Source of the DNA: Alphaproteobacteria bacterium
Lineage (GTDB): Bacteria > Pseudomonadota > Alphaproteobacteria > UBA8366 > GCA-2717185
NCBI GenBank assembly: GCA_012103325.1
Contig: WLWY01000014.1
Coordinates: 21,218-85,217 of the forward strand
Length of the DNA: 64,000 nucleotides
Direction: 5' to 3'
A program made the position numbers and the translations under genes. Positions 25,101 to 29,131 of this stretch are shown piece after piece (the stretch's first letter is position 1; each line of letters starts with the position of its first letter). Below the pieces are notes generated by a model. The model had not been told where the DNA came from. It did no database searches and worked only from the letters and a program-made list of their open reading frames with translations.

Positions 25101-28100
25101 GCGTTCAAGGTCACCGTGCCCGTAATCTGATCAACATCCGTGTTGGCGATGCCGTTGACGGTGATAGATCCGGCGGTGGCGTCGCCGATGGTCAGCCCGG
25201 TCGCCGTGATGGCGTTAAGCTCCGCCGCCGAAACCGTGAAGTTCAGCGCCGTGCCGCCGAGGCCAATTGTACCGCCGTCCGACACCAGCAGCGTCGCCGC
25301 CGCGGCACCACTATTCAATGTGCTGGTCAGAGCGAAGTCGTTGGCGGTGATCGAAAGCGCATTGCCGCCCGTCGCCAGGGCCGCCGCGCCCGTGAAGTCA
25401 CCGGTGCCGTCCGCGTTACTGTCGGCGTTGATGGCCGTGGTCCCCGCCGACGTCAGACCGACATTCACTGTAACGCCGTCGAGCGCGGTCAGCGTCATCG
25501 CTCCGGCGGTGGTCGAAGCGCCGGTGGCGAACGTGATGGTCCCGGCGGCTCCGGTGGCGACAAGCGCCAGTTCGCCCACCCCGGCATTGGTAAAGCCGTT
25601 GACCGTCATGGTCGTGGCGTTGGCGTCGCCGATGGTCAGGGTGCCGGTGGTGGTGATGTTGTCGAGCTCGGCATCCGAAAGATCGAAGGCCCCCGAAGCG
25701 GTTCCGCCCAGCCCAAACGCGCTGGCGGTGGTTGAGGTCAACGTGACGGCGCCAGCGCCGGCATTGATAGCACCGGTCGTATTCATAAGGATGTCATCGG
25801 CGGCGATCGAAACCGTGCCGCCGCCCGACGCCAGCGTCGTCGCATCGGCAATCGTGAAGTCGCCGACGCCGTTATTGTCGGTGTCGGTGTCGATGGCGAC
25901 CGCAGCGGTGGCCGTGATCGCCTGATTTACGGTCAATCCGGCCGCTGTATTGAGCGTCAGTCCCGCCGAAGTGATCCCGACAATTCCGTCCACCGTACTA
26001 ACGGTTAGGTCGTCCACGTCGGTGAAGGCGAAGGTCTGGCCGCCGCTAACCGCGATATTGTCGACGTCGTGAGCGCCCGACGACATATCTACCGCGCCAC
26101 CGCTGGTGATCCGCAGATTGGCGGTTGTCAGCGCGCCGGCACCGGTATCCGTGATGGTGTCGGCGGAATTGAGAATTACGGGATCGATCAGCGCGGGACT
26201 AAAGGCGCCCGCTACCTGAATGTCGGAGCCGGCGACGGTAGTGCTGATCACCAGATCGCCGGCGGTGATGCGGTCGATTTCCGTGTCGGTGATCGAAAGG
26301 TTCCCGCCGGCGGCGCCGAGGGTAACCAACCCAGTCGCTGAGGAAATCGTCGTCCGGGCGGCGCCGGACGTCACGGTCCCCGTCGCATCCAGGACGAGGT
26401 CGCCGACGATGGTCAACGCGTTGCCGGTGGTGTCGATCGTCACGCCGGCGGCGACGGTAAGCCCTTCGGCGTTGTTGGTGTTGTCGAAATTTGCGTCGAT
26501 GCTGGTAACGCCGCTCGTCGTTATGTTGTTGCTGACGGTTATGCCGCTATCGGCATTCAATGTCGTTGCCGCCGCCGTGATGCCGACGACCCCCTGAACG
26601 GTGCCGACGGTGAACGCGCTGGTGTCGCGAAGCGTGACGGTTTGGCCCGCATTGCTAACCGCGACCGTGCCGAAATCGTTCGAGGCGTTATCCAACTGAA
26701 CAATATTGCCCGCCGTGATCGCCAAGCCGCCACCGCCCAGATCAACGATCTTGGTGTCCAGAACGTTACCTCCGACGGTGAGCACCAGGTCGCCACCGTT
26801 CATTAAGGCACCGTGGGTCCCGGTCCCGCCGCCGCCGATGCCCGTGCCGTTGAACGTATTGTTGAACGTAATATTGTTCGTCTCGGTGACGAATGCGTCG
26901 CTTCCCTGGGTTTCGACAGCGAGGTTCACCGCCTGAATCCGTATGGGCGCCGCCAAAGTGCCGATGGTGCCCCGTGTGGCGCCACCGTTCAGAACTTTCA
27001 GAACCACCGTCTCGGTAGCCGTTATCAGGGAACCAGCATCAACTCGCCTAACGCCGCCGGCTGGGCCGACCGAGCCTGAATGGCTTATGTTAATATTATT
27101 GCCGGTGAGCACATCGAGCGTGATATCACCCGCGTCCCGGTTGGTTTTCGCCGTCGCGTTTTCCAGAATAACGAGGATGTTGTTCGTCCCCGAGTTCAGG
27201 GTAGTGCCTGCGGCCTGCGTAATCACGGCCGCTCCGGCGTCGCGGTTGGCGCCCTGGGCCGCATCCGAATTCGCTTCCAGTCTCAGCCGCTCGTTGTTGG
27301 TCGTAATCGAGGCGTTAATCAGAATCGAGCGGCCGGCGGACAAATTGAGCCGCCCGTTCGTCCCCCCACCGGCGGCTATAATCGCTTCGTTGATGGTGAT
27401 GTCGTTGTTCGCTTCCAGATCGACATTCACATCCGCATTCATAAGTGCCGTAATCTGATCGGCATCGAAGGTGACATCGGCGGCCGAACTCTCGGCGAAC
27501 AGGTTGGTGTTTATGTTATCGGCGCCGCCATTGGCGATCGTGATGTTTTTGGGATCGAACAGGATTGTCCCGCCAGCCCCGTGCGCCGACGACAGGTCGA
27601 CTTGACCGCGATAGGTCAGCGATTGCTTGCCCGATATTTCGGCGAACCCGCCATCGCCTCCTTCGGCGCCGCCGCTTGCGGTTACGAAGCCATCGAAGTT
27701 CGTGACCTCGTCGGCCCAGACGATGATCCTGCCGCCGTCGCCGTTGGTATCGGCATTGGCATTGATTTCGGCATCCGGGCTGACATAGGTCGCCGTCGCG
27801 TTACGCTCCTCGCCCTTGCCCTGGAAGTTGCCGCCGACAAGAATTTCGCCGCCGCCCGCATCGCCGGACGCAACGACGAACGCATTGTCGAACAGACCGA
27901 CATATTCGCCGAGCACTGTTACCTTGCCACCGGCCTCGCCGGTATCGTCGCCGATCGCGCGCAACGTTCCCGACACTTGTGTGATGCCCGGACCCGTGTA
28001 GCCGAGTACGATCTCGCCGCCCTGCGTGTCGATGGTGTTGGCCTGGACGATGCCGTCGGTGTTGATGACACTCTGCACGACCGCGCCGACATTGCTCGCC

Positions 28101-28960
28101 GCGAGAGTCACGATGCCACCGTCGGCGATGATGCTGCCGGCGTTGCCGATCAGCGCCTCGACCGGCGAGCCGTCGGCCTCGGTCGGTGTCTCCCGAACGC
28201 CGATGCCGAAGGTGATCAGATTGTCGCCATAGATGTCCAACGTGAACGTCTCGGCCGCGCCCAACGTGACACGGCCGAGTCGCGCGGCGATGACGCCGTT
28301 GTTGCGCACCGACGGCGCAACCAGCGCGGCGTACCCCGTGTCGGCAATCGTGATCTGTCCGAAGTTGACGACCGACGCGTTGGGATTGTCCGAAGGAATC
28401 GAAAAGTCGAAATTGCTGTTCAGGAAATCTTCGTTGCGGATGTCGGTGGTGGTCGCGACGATGCCGGAAACATCGATGCGCGCATTCTGCCCGAAGATGA
28501 TTCCATTCGGATTGACCAGCATGATCTGACCGTTGGCTCGGAGCTGGCCGAGGATTTGCGACGGGTCGGCACCGAGAACGCGGTTCAGTGTAATCGAAGA
28601 AGCGGATGGCTGATGGAACTGAGTGATCTCATTCGCGCCGATGGAGAAACTTTGCCAGTTGATAATCCCGCGATCGGTGGACTGAAAAATATCGAGCCGG
28701 TTGCCGTTTTCCTGAATGTTGATGTTTCCGGATACGACGTTGCCGCCCGAAGGATTGGCGCGTGCAGTATCGGAAAACGAAAAGCCGTTACCGAGCGCAA
28801 CCGCCGCTGCAAGAACAAACGATATCGCACCCTTGGTTCGCCGGGATACACCGAGCCGCGCGCGCGAGTCCGGGCGCCGCGATACCGAGGCAAAAAGCCT
28901 CGACCCCACGCGGGCGATAGACGCAACCGCTCGTGTCACCGCAACGTTCAACCGAACCAC
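1151..28960 (-). CDS. giant two-partner-secretion exoprotein (TpsA, filamentous haemagglutinin-like), 9,269 aa
   Basis: Uninterrupted 27.8-kb ORF. The N-terminal TPS (haemagglutination activity) domain shows NPSGGNVVSG, ITLNRVLG and LVNPNGIIFG motifs after a signal-like segment (RRTKGAISFVLAAAVALG...ARA). The rest is a T/A/G/N/D/V-rich beta-helix-type repeat shaft. The start is uncertain: GTG 28960 or an in-frame GTG near 28909. Confidence 0.95.
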   Translation of the reverse strand: MVRLNVAVTRAVASIARVGSRLFASVSRRPDSRARLGVSRRTKGAISFVLAAAVALGNGFSFSDTARANPSGGNVVSGNINIQENGNRLDIFQSTDRGIINWQSFSIGANEITQFHQPSASSITLNRVLGADPSQILGQLRANGQIMLVNPNGIIFGQNARIDVSGIVATTTDIRNEDFLNSNFDFSIPSDNPNASVVNFGQITIADTGYAALVAPSVRNNGVIAARLGRVTLGAAETFTLDIYGDNLITFGIGVRETPTEADGSPVEALIGNAGSIIADGGIVTLAASNVGAVVQSVINTDGIVQANTIDTQGGEIVLGYTGPGITQVSGTLRAIGDDTGEAGGKVTVLGEYVGLFDNAFVVASGDAGGGEILVGGNFQGKGEERNATATYVSPDAEINANADTNGDGGRIIVWADEVTNFDGFVTASGGAEGGDGGFAEISGKQSLTYRGQVDLSSAHGAGGTILFDPKNITIANGGADNINTNLFAESSAADVTFDADQITALMNADVNVDLEANNDITINEAIIAAGGGTNGRLNLSAGRSILINASITTNNERLRLEANSDAAQGANRDAGAAVITQAAGTTLNSGTNNILVILENATAKTNRDAGDITLDVLTGNNINISHSGSVGPAGGVRRVDAGSLITATETVVLKVLNGGATRGTIGTLAAPIRIQAVNLAVETQGSDAFVTETNNITFNNTFNGTGIGGGGTGTHGALMNGGDLVLTVGGNVLDTKIVDLGGGGLAITAGNIVQLDNASNDFGTVAVSNAGQTVTLRDTSAFTVGTVQGVVGITAAATTLNADSGITVSNNITTSGVTSIDANFDNTNNAEGLTVAAGVTIDTTGNALTIVGDLVLDATGTVTSGAARTTISSATGLVTLGAAGGNLSITDTEIDRITAGDLVISTTVAGSDIQVAGAFSPALIDPVILNSADTITDTGAGALTTANLRITSGGAVDMSSGAHDVDNIAVSGGQTFAFTDVDDLTVSTVDGIVGITSAGLTLNTAAGLTVNQAITATAAVAIDTDTDNNGVGDFTIADATTLASGGGTVSIAADDILMNTTGAINAGAGAVTLTSTTASAFGLGGTASGAFDLSDAELDNITTTGTLTIGDANATTMTVNGFTNAGVGELALVATGAAGTITFATGASTTAGAMTLTALDGVTVNVGLTSAGTTAINADSNADGTGDFTGAAALATGGNALSITANDFALTSTLNSGAAAATLLVSDGGTIGLGGTALNFTVSAAELNAITATGLTIGDATAGSITVNGIANTDVDQITGTVTLNATAAGSSVTFDTAASTFDDLTVNAEAGVTVNQDLTTDILTVDADTDNAGDDGVFTIAANADILTSNDAVTVTASDMAFDATGTLNSGTGRIILAPSTGTIDLGNNDAVNTAAVLELTDTELDRVTTTGVLQIGDATATAIDITNPVSFTNATTVTLQSATTIDDTGAGSIAVANLRLEGGAAPTLDAATNDVDTLASNSPGFNVTFVDTDDLIIGAVDGVFGIAGNNITITANGAFTINNTVNSARSIVLTNNAADATTTVNAVVQETASGTRSITVNADDLEITAGGFQRTNNSGTHTLDINTVTAGQQINLGGVANTPGNGVMELTNAELALLSTAADEFNVINIGDAGGTGTGQITISGSITNLDTGTRTIRNNAAIIQTAATAMSAITFNAATGITLDNVANDFTGTITASTDTGNLTLVDANAFTVAATTATAGNVTLTTVAGNLTATGTVTAGGAVAMTAGGDNNALTLAAVTAAAGAHTYIGDDITIGGAITATGQTVTIASDTAGDALNLGDDGVNNIADTLEIADTALDLIAAGALSLGGAGQGVITVDGVTATLITGAVTLNALNDNATIALSTAASTFNGLTASADDGIAVDVVPVIAAGNLTLDGDADNFADTAVTGDKVTFAAGQVITAPGSITLDATTGGIDGAGALTLNAATGITINNNLTTAGTTVIDADSDNAGNDGDLTVATGATVSSGGSAITITANDLILTGTGAIDSGAAAATLLVSDGGTIGLGGTALNFTVSAAELNAITATGLTIGDATNGAITVNGIANTDVDQITGTVTLNATLAGSSVTFDTAASAFDDLTINAEAGVTVNQDLTTDILTVDADTDNAGDDGVFTVAANADILTTNDAVTIIASDIALDATSTVNSGTGRIILTPSTGTVDLGNNDAVNTAGVLELTDTELDRITTAGVLQIGNTTAIEITNPITFTNATTVMLQSATTITDTGVGSIAVANLRLEGGASPILDAATNDVDTLASNSPGFNVTFVDTDDLIIGTVDGVAGVTGRSVFLTAGGAFAINNLINSSRDVVLTNNGVDATTTINARVQETGAGTRAVVITADDLEITATGDLRRTNGTGSHTLTINTLTAGQQINFGAADVAANGVMELTNDELGRLQTGGQIFNIVNIGAAGATGQITISGDITQLATGTRTIANNADIIQTAAASMSAITFNAATGITLDNVGNDFTGTITASTDAGNLTLVDANALTVAAATANAGNVTLTTVAGNLTATGTVTAGGAVAITAGGDNNALTLAAVTAASGTHTYTADDITIGGAINATGQTITIVSTTAGDAINLGDDGVINLADTLEISDAELDLVTASQLTFGTGAAGAVTVAADISPANTATLHIVTNSTVDADTASGGGITATNLAVTAGGAVDTSEATTAIGTIAISAAGQTVNVADGAGDLTVGSVAGVTGIASAALTLNALDGIAVNENVTAAGVTAINADSNNDGTGNFTLAATKSLVAGNNDITITASKMALAGTSISSGTARTTLAAGTNGSVDLGSATDVAANTVELSDGEIDIVTAGILQISANGTGTLDVTAAITPANTNTLTLFANDGAINDTGAGSIAVQNLRAQSLQRNVVLDSAANDVDTVAIEGDSNNFGTFVDVDDLTVGTVDGLVGMTGDNINLTVAGTLNIDSAIEGVEAVTITNNGVDATTNVNATIRLAGTGTLALTIITDDLEINTATGSFGTNQAAGTHTLNVQTLTATQQINLGGVANTGGNTTMELTNAELARLNLGGQSLDVINIGTLASTGTVTIAGDISNIPAIPTTIQNNADVVQTAATSTGAGALTFDAATGITLDNVANDFTGTITASTNTGNLTFVDANALTVAATTANAGNVTLTTVAGNLTATGTVTAGGAVAMTAGGDNNALTLAAVTATAGAHTYTADDITIGAATDATGQTVTIASSTAGDALNLGDDGVNNIADTLEISGTELERITATIVNLGGANQGNYTVDGITAANSNNIGTVALNAIRNESTITFSGTASTFNALTANADAGMDVNVDLTTDIGALSLNGDFDDFDDAGDDALQFGAGTITLDVAGALTLTATTGGVGATGSLVLNIADGFTLSSDLTIGGATTINADSNADGTGTFTVNNGITFDTQGNDLGVIAADLVITGTGALTAGAGNMTIEATNGIALGLGDGAGAFSVSKAEMARLTAANLTFGGANTGNITVDNVQTADLGNITGNITIDGTRDNTAIIFSGVASQFANLAANADDGINISTNLTATTGNLNLEGDADNAADADGATGADSIAVTGARTLAATVGSVSLNATTGKITGTVGLTLNANAGLTISDNLTTAGATVFNADTGNDGAGQININGAVNTGGNTLSIDASEFVMTGSITAAGAGVTVNATNGRTITVGGNVSNLNYGDSELGNTTVGTLTFNGGNITVESVSGANSNGIGTLAVNASEAGSIVTFTGASTFNALTANARDGIDITANVTTDTGAMTFDGDSDNAADAGGSGTDNIDISANVILDSAAGLTLDATSGGVTGAGAMTLNADSGITVNDNVASAGVLTVDADNNNDGTGTLTVSAGAALSSGGNQLDIIAADLAVNTTSGSITSGAGDMTITRANGGTIDLGSGITRDMRITDAEFDRIIANNLTIGDNTITIIDVENVSNTSITGTTTLTANGSDGRVTFDSGASSLNAVTANARDTILFLVGLTTTGGDMTITADSNNNAGDTGPDRITFNAVTLDSAGSMTLTGNTGDIDVQGTLTLNANSGITFNDGTTTGAAMTINADNNADGTGDLTVANGATITTGGNTLNITANDLNLNTSGGLNSGGAATTLLVSDGGTIGLGDTAGDYTLSGAELQNIAATGLTIGDATSGNITVNNIIEANSNNVTGTVTLNATRDNATLTFATVASTFNALSANADDRITVAVDITTDIGNLALDGDADNLGDVNDDIVFANGVTLTTASGLTLAAQNGGLTASGALTLSAANGLTFSSSLALAGNTTFNADNDANGTGTFTVDSVATVSTTNNPLTVVAADIDLTNGSLNSGTALTTLRATNGRTIGIGGTARDFTLSGAELENITATGLIIGDGTNGSITVNGITAANSNNISGTVTLDATLDNATVSFETGASIFNALTANADDGIAVSVNLTTDAGDLTLEGDADNAADTAVTGDRVIFADGVTVDAFGALTLDATTGKLVGGNGLTLNARDGINLNDNISTTAGALVIDADSDTAQTSGNADDITLAAGVTITAGGSLTLNAANGSVVSPGGASFTAPNGFTLGADLTTASATVINADSNNDGAGTFTLNGGTTISTTNNTLSITAADMVLNGTIDSGTNTTTLLVSNSGTIDLGGVSGALDLSNAELQTIAASVLIIGDGTAGAITIGADITPGSTAGADVTALSLVTGSTVTGTAGRIIENDLAITAGGTVDISNANTDVNNLAISAGGQTVTFVDVDDLDIDTVSTVTGITAATVNLTAGGALTQAQNIVATNLSITNTGTTTLNSATNDVDNLAVSAALQTVTFRDADDLDIDTVNAIVGATAGTFNLVVNGALTDTQAIIATNLSVQNLSVSAATTLDVAANDVDTLAIAATDNITFVDADGFATGVVNGVTGVANTSGFITLTATAGNITANEKIDSSSAGAGLTTVTANAGTITINNSAASQDLRGAGVVLSAQRVDVAAGATVRGRSGGSLLITTNDLAVAGNMQIEGDITLRPLTQDRDLLLGAADNFGNAALELSDAELDFIVGGTTRLELGSDAAANRFGTVTVQGAIDPALASVTNLRIFASGAVTQSAGATITSPNLVIDTQAAITLTEANEADVFAATTTIGAIQYTDATALAIGTDTGFAASFERGLNTDNGAITITTNTGDLTLADAGIANDIDATGDINLLTAVANNTFAQGANTDIRSTGGTVTIQADDLSGNASGTITNTGRTVVIRSTQDGDAINLGNAASSDVDNILKVSVAELANITAGQITIGHVNSGAISVVNDVTPGGTTLHLITASTVDADAASGGGIIETNLAVTAGGAVDISEASTAIDTIAISAAGQTVLVEDNGATAIGTVAGIVGVSAGSLTFRSDDGLAVNQNVTTTVGNLELDGNFDGVNSANDDITFVAGAAVASAGSLTLNARSTMTGAGALTLNAANGVALNAGLTTAGTTIVDTDTDNNGTGDFTIASGGDTFATGGAALTITANDLVLTGALNSGAGTTTLLVSDGGTIGLGATAGDYTIDGGELSRITATGLVIGDNTNGNITVNGISAPNSNNITGTVTLNATVNDGDVTFATAASTFNALTVNADDTIFVNVDITTDVGNLALLADADTLGDSQGDKVSVANGASLTMAGTLTTTGTVETLGAVSFTAANGLTFGDFATTGATTLNADNDNNGTGTYTQSGGTTLSTSGNPLTIIAAAIDLQGNITSGAASTTLESTNGNTIGVADGAGTFQLSKAELARITAGDLTIGGATAGTITVDNLQNADLANVTGSLSLTAGAATSVVTFSGTASSVNRALTVSADNGVNINTGLTTAGTTIINADADGSGAGDFTVAGAQALNVGNNALTITANDMALTGTVSSGTAKTTLLVSDGGAIDLGGAGGGLNLSATELNNVTAGSLTIGDGTAGAIVVSADVTPANTNTLHLVTGSTVTGTAGGIIETNLAVSAAIVLTDANTDVDTVALTTTAGDVTYTDADGFAVGAVDGVTGVSSTNGKVTLTARTGSITVDNTTTANTGIDLITEQAEQFVTLNAAVSLNQNNGSTILVQADNLDITGTGSIAASGGTNVVRIQPFDTATAIDLGAVGDATANTLEISAAEFGRISLGNTFVLGDKTNTARIDITDAIAVGSLVTRLESAADVIDSGTGVLSGTRLAVDAETGIVLDNAATDFSNINLSTPLGNVTYVDADGFATIGILGANKGGVKANAGSVSLTALTGDITITNVGDADDVLAGGTVALTASANNSTIAINSGSAHIRGTGGAHTYTADQIDITGSITATGQKVTLKSASGADSIDIGTDNGTANELELTAADLNSITAGTLEIGASGAGAITISADITPANVTTLHLRTGSSVTGTAGGIVETDLAISAGGTVNLTDTSTDVDTLAIAAAGQIVTFTDTDGLDIGTVDSVVGVTATTFNLNAGGAVTDTSALAVTGVTTVTVGAGNDVTFDIAGNDFGTVAIASGRNVILRDTNAIALGPSTVSGTLNLTAAGTVTQSGALDVTGTTTLAAGAGNDITLGNAGNDFGTIAITTGRNVTLRDANALALGASTVSGTLDVTAAGTVTQSGALAVTGTTTVTAGAGNDITLNNAANDFSTVAIASGRNVDLRDANAIVLGASTVAGTLGVTAAGTVTQSAALDITGIATIAAGAGNDITLNNAANDFATVAITTGRNVALRDANALILGTSTISGTLDVTTAGTVTQSGALGTNGTTTIAAGAGNDITLNNAANDFATVIVTSGRNVALADTNALALGVSSIAGTLDATATNGITISDDVTTNGTTTVNADSDDNGSGTFTVAATKTLATTNQALTITANKFVLTGSLDSGTADTTLIASNSAAVNLGSVSDAAGNTIELSNAELQSISAALLQIGNGTAGAVTVSADVTPGGTALHLVTGSTVTATAGGIIETDLAITAGGTVNVTDVNTDVDTFAVSAAGQTVTFTDADGLDISTVAGVTGVAAAGVTVNTVAGLAVNENIVATGAVAIDTDTNNDGTGDFTVAGGKSVTTAGNTLSITANDVAISGTLTSGAAATTLLVSDGGTIGVGATAGAFTLSGAELQNITANGLIIGDATNDSITVNGISVANSANISGALTLNATKAGQTVTFATGASSFGALTANANAGIALNQSVTTSGTTIFDADADNNGVGDFTIAGGRTLSTGSNTLTVTANDFVLNGTLNSSTTDTSLLVSDSGTLGVGDTAGDATITAVEFQRITANNLTLGGAASGSIIVDNLTAAVTANIATTVTFDAGDNAGADVTFANNASSFRAVSARADDGVLVDANLTSTVGGIGLLADTDGAPDAIDAVVIGGGVVLAPGTALEISSADGLTFADDFNVTVPLLLNADNDADGLGTFTIAATRTVNTGNELLTIIAADFAIDGSLNSGTALTTLTVTNGRTIGVGATARDATISNAELQRITANGLTIGGSNSGSITVDNVVSGVDLANINGTVTLDAGGAGAAIDFSTNDSSFKALTLNAQAGVTFNMNVTTAGVTTIDADTDNNGAGDFTVAATKALITGGNALTITANDMALTGTVNSGAAVTTLLASDGGAIDLGGAGGGLNLSVAELGNITSGSLIVGDATTGAITVSADVTPGGNLLHLTTGSTVTATAGGIVVANLAVSADGAVTFSDAQQNVTNLAIKTTTGDIAYTDADGFTVGTVDGVDGVDTDAGGISLTATTGNIAVSNTTAASDIAATTTITLAAAADNASIALAAGANIASAGGAHSYTADDLDIAGTITATNQLVTLKSFTAGDAIDLGDAAGGGDNVADTLELTNTELQAVTADTLVIGSGTAGAVTVSADVTPNGDTLHLTTGSTVTATAGAIVETNLSVTAGGAVTFSDAQQNVTTLAIKTTAGDIAYTDADGFTVGTVGSVVGVDSDTGAVSLTANAGTLSVSDTAAANDIEAATAIALTAAANEALITIAGGADVESTSGTITLTADDIDIVGTITNATRTVTLAPETVNDADAIDLGSDTARANVFEVTNTDLDRITAGTIVVGSGASGALVVSTDVTPANTDTLHLASGSAVTATAGGVIETNLAVSAAGAVTFSDAQQDVTILAIKTTTGDVAYTDADSFTVSTVDGVRGVDTDFGSVDLTATTGSITVLNTTAADDIAATTTIALTAAADNGLILIFAGADIESGGGAHSYTADDLSIAGTITATGQMVTLKSATAGDAIDLGDAAGGGDNVIDTLELTNAELQAITADTLVVGSGTVGAVTVTADVTPGSGAGGGVTTVQLVTGSSVTATAGGIIETNLAVTAAGAVTFSDAQQNATTLAIKTTTGDIDYTDADGFTVGTVDSVVGVDTDAGAVALTATTGNIDVSNTAAANDIAATTTITLAAAANDASIAIAAGADVASTGGAHSYTADDLNIAGTITATGQLVTLKSSTAGDAIDLGDAAGGGDNVINTLELTGAEIDNVTADSITIGAAGAGGITVSADVTPANTDTLHLRTGSGVTGTAGGIVETNLAISAGGTINITDTSTDADTLAVAAAGQTVTFTDTDGLDIGTVDSVVGVTAGTFNLNTGGAVTDTSALAVTGVTTVTAGAGNDITFDIAGNDFGTVAIASGRNVILLDANGIALGASTVSGTLNVTAAGTVTQSGALDVTGVTTLAAGAGNDITLNNVGNDFGTIAITTGRNVSLRDANALVLGASTVSGTLGVTAAGTVTQSGALAVTGTTTVTAGAGNDITLDNAGNDFAAIGIASGRNIALRDANALTLAASTIAGTLDVTAANGVTINDNIGTNGVTTIDADSDNNGSGTFTVAATRTLATTGNPLTVTANKMVLTGTLDSGAATTTLVASNGAAIDLGSGADAAGNTVELADAELQSINAGLLRIGSGTAGAITVSADVTPGGTALHLVTGAGVTATAGGIIETGLAITAGAPINVTDASTDVDTLAIDAPGRNATFTDADGIDIGAVGGVNGVRAGAFNLTTAGVITDSAATRVTGATVLDAGATVNAITLDVAGNNFGSVAIARAGNTTLVDINAITLGVSNISGTLDVTGTAVNTGTSVNAGVTTLNGAVSGSGLTVASLTLNGPTANLFNTTVGGFAGPAAATATIMPDAPTHRVNGCLKSFCPAPPPPPGSSGVDGGQLDTIRIETGAIGNRLGRGLGRILIEGPRVGPRFPFGGGEEIALRQENREVPIRRGDDLLLAALESSGDDIKIKINQERNLNEDSPNRRAPRSDDELIVNEGDVREILSRYDRIATNSAPGDVFRGKPTVVIPGLLYYQRGIQGILADGTAPDTTGISTPSFSRFQAEDD

Positions 28961-29131
28961 TCGATTTCGCTTGAAAAACTGCGGCTATTTTAAGTGTCGG
29001 ACTGGTGAACATATGGTTAATGACTGGCCGGTACTATCGTGTGAGTTGCGTATCGCAAGCCTGCGCTCAAAAATGAGCGAACGCACCAGAAAAAGACAAT
29101 TCCGAATAAAAACTTCAGGCGCCGAAATCGG

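Noticed and set aside
1151-28960. The regularly spaced repeats could be a CRISPR array or non-coding satellite
   Set aside because: The repeats are in-frame coding repeats (207, ~636 and ~2390 bp, all multiples of 3) inside one open frame. There is no short repeat plus unique spacer organisation and no cas genes.
1437-28993. Dozens of long plus-strand ORFs antisense to tpsA, e.g. 7583-10243 (886 aa), 23648-25735 (695 aa), 27080-28993 (637 aa), 14811-16568 (585 aa)
   Set aside because: They are shadow ORFs of a GC3-rich gene. Their compositions are Arg/Gly/Asp-rich or Val/Ala/Pro/Ser-rich low complexity. They repeat with exactly the same periodicity as the sense-strand repeats and have no motifs or ribosome-binding sites. 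The sense strand carries a clear TPS-domain protein.
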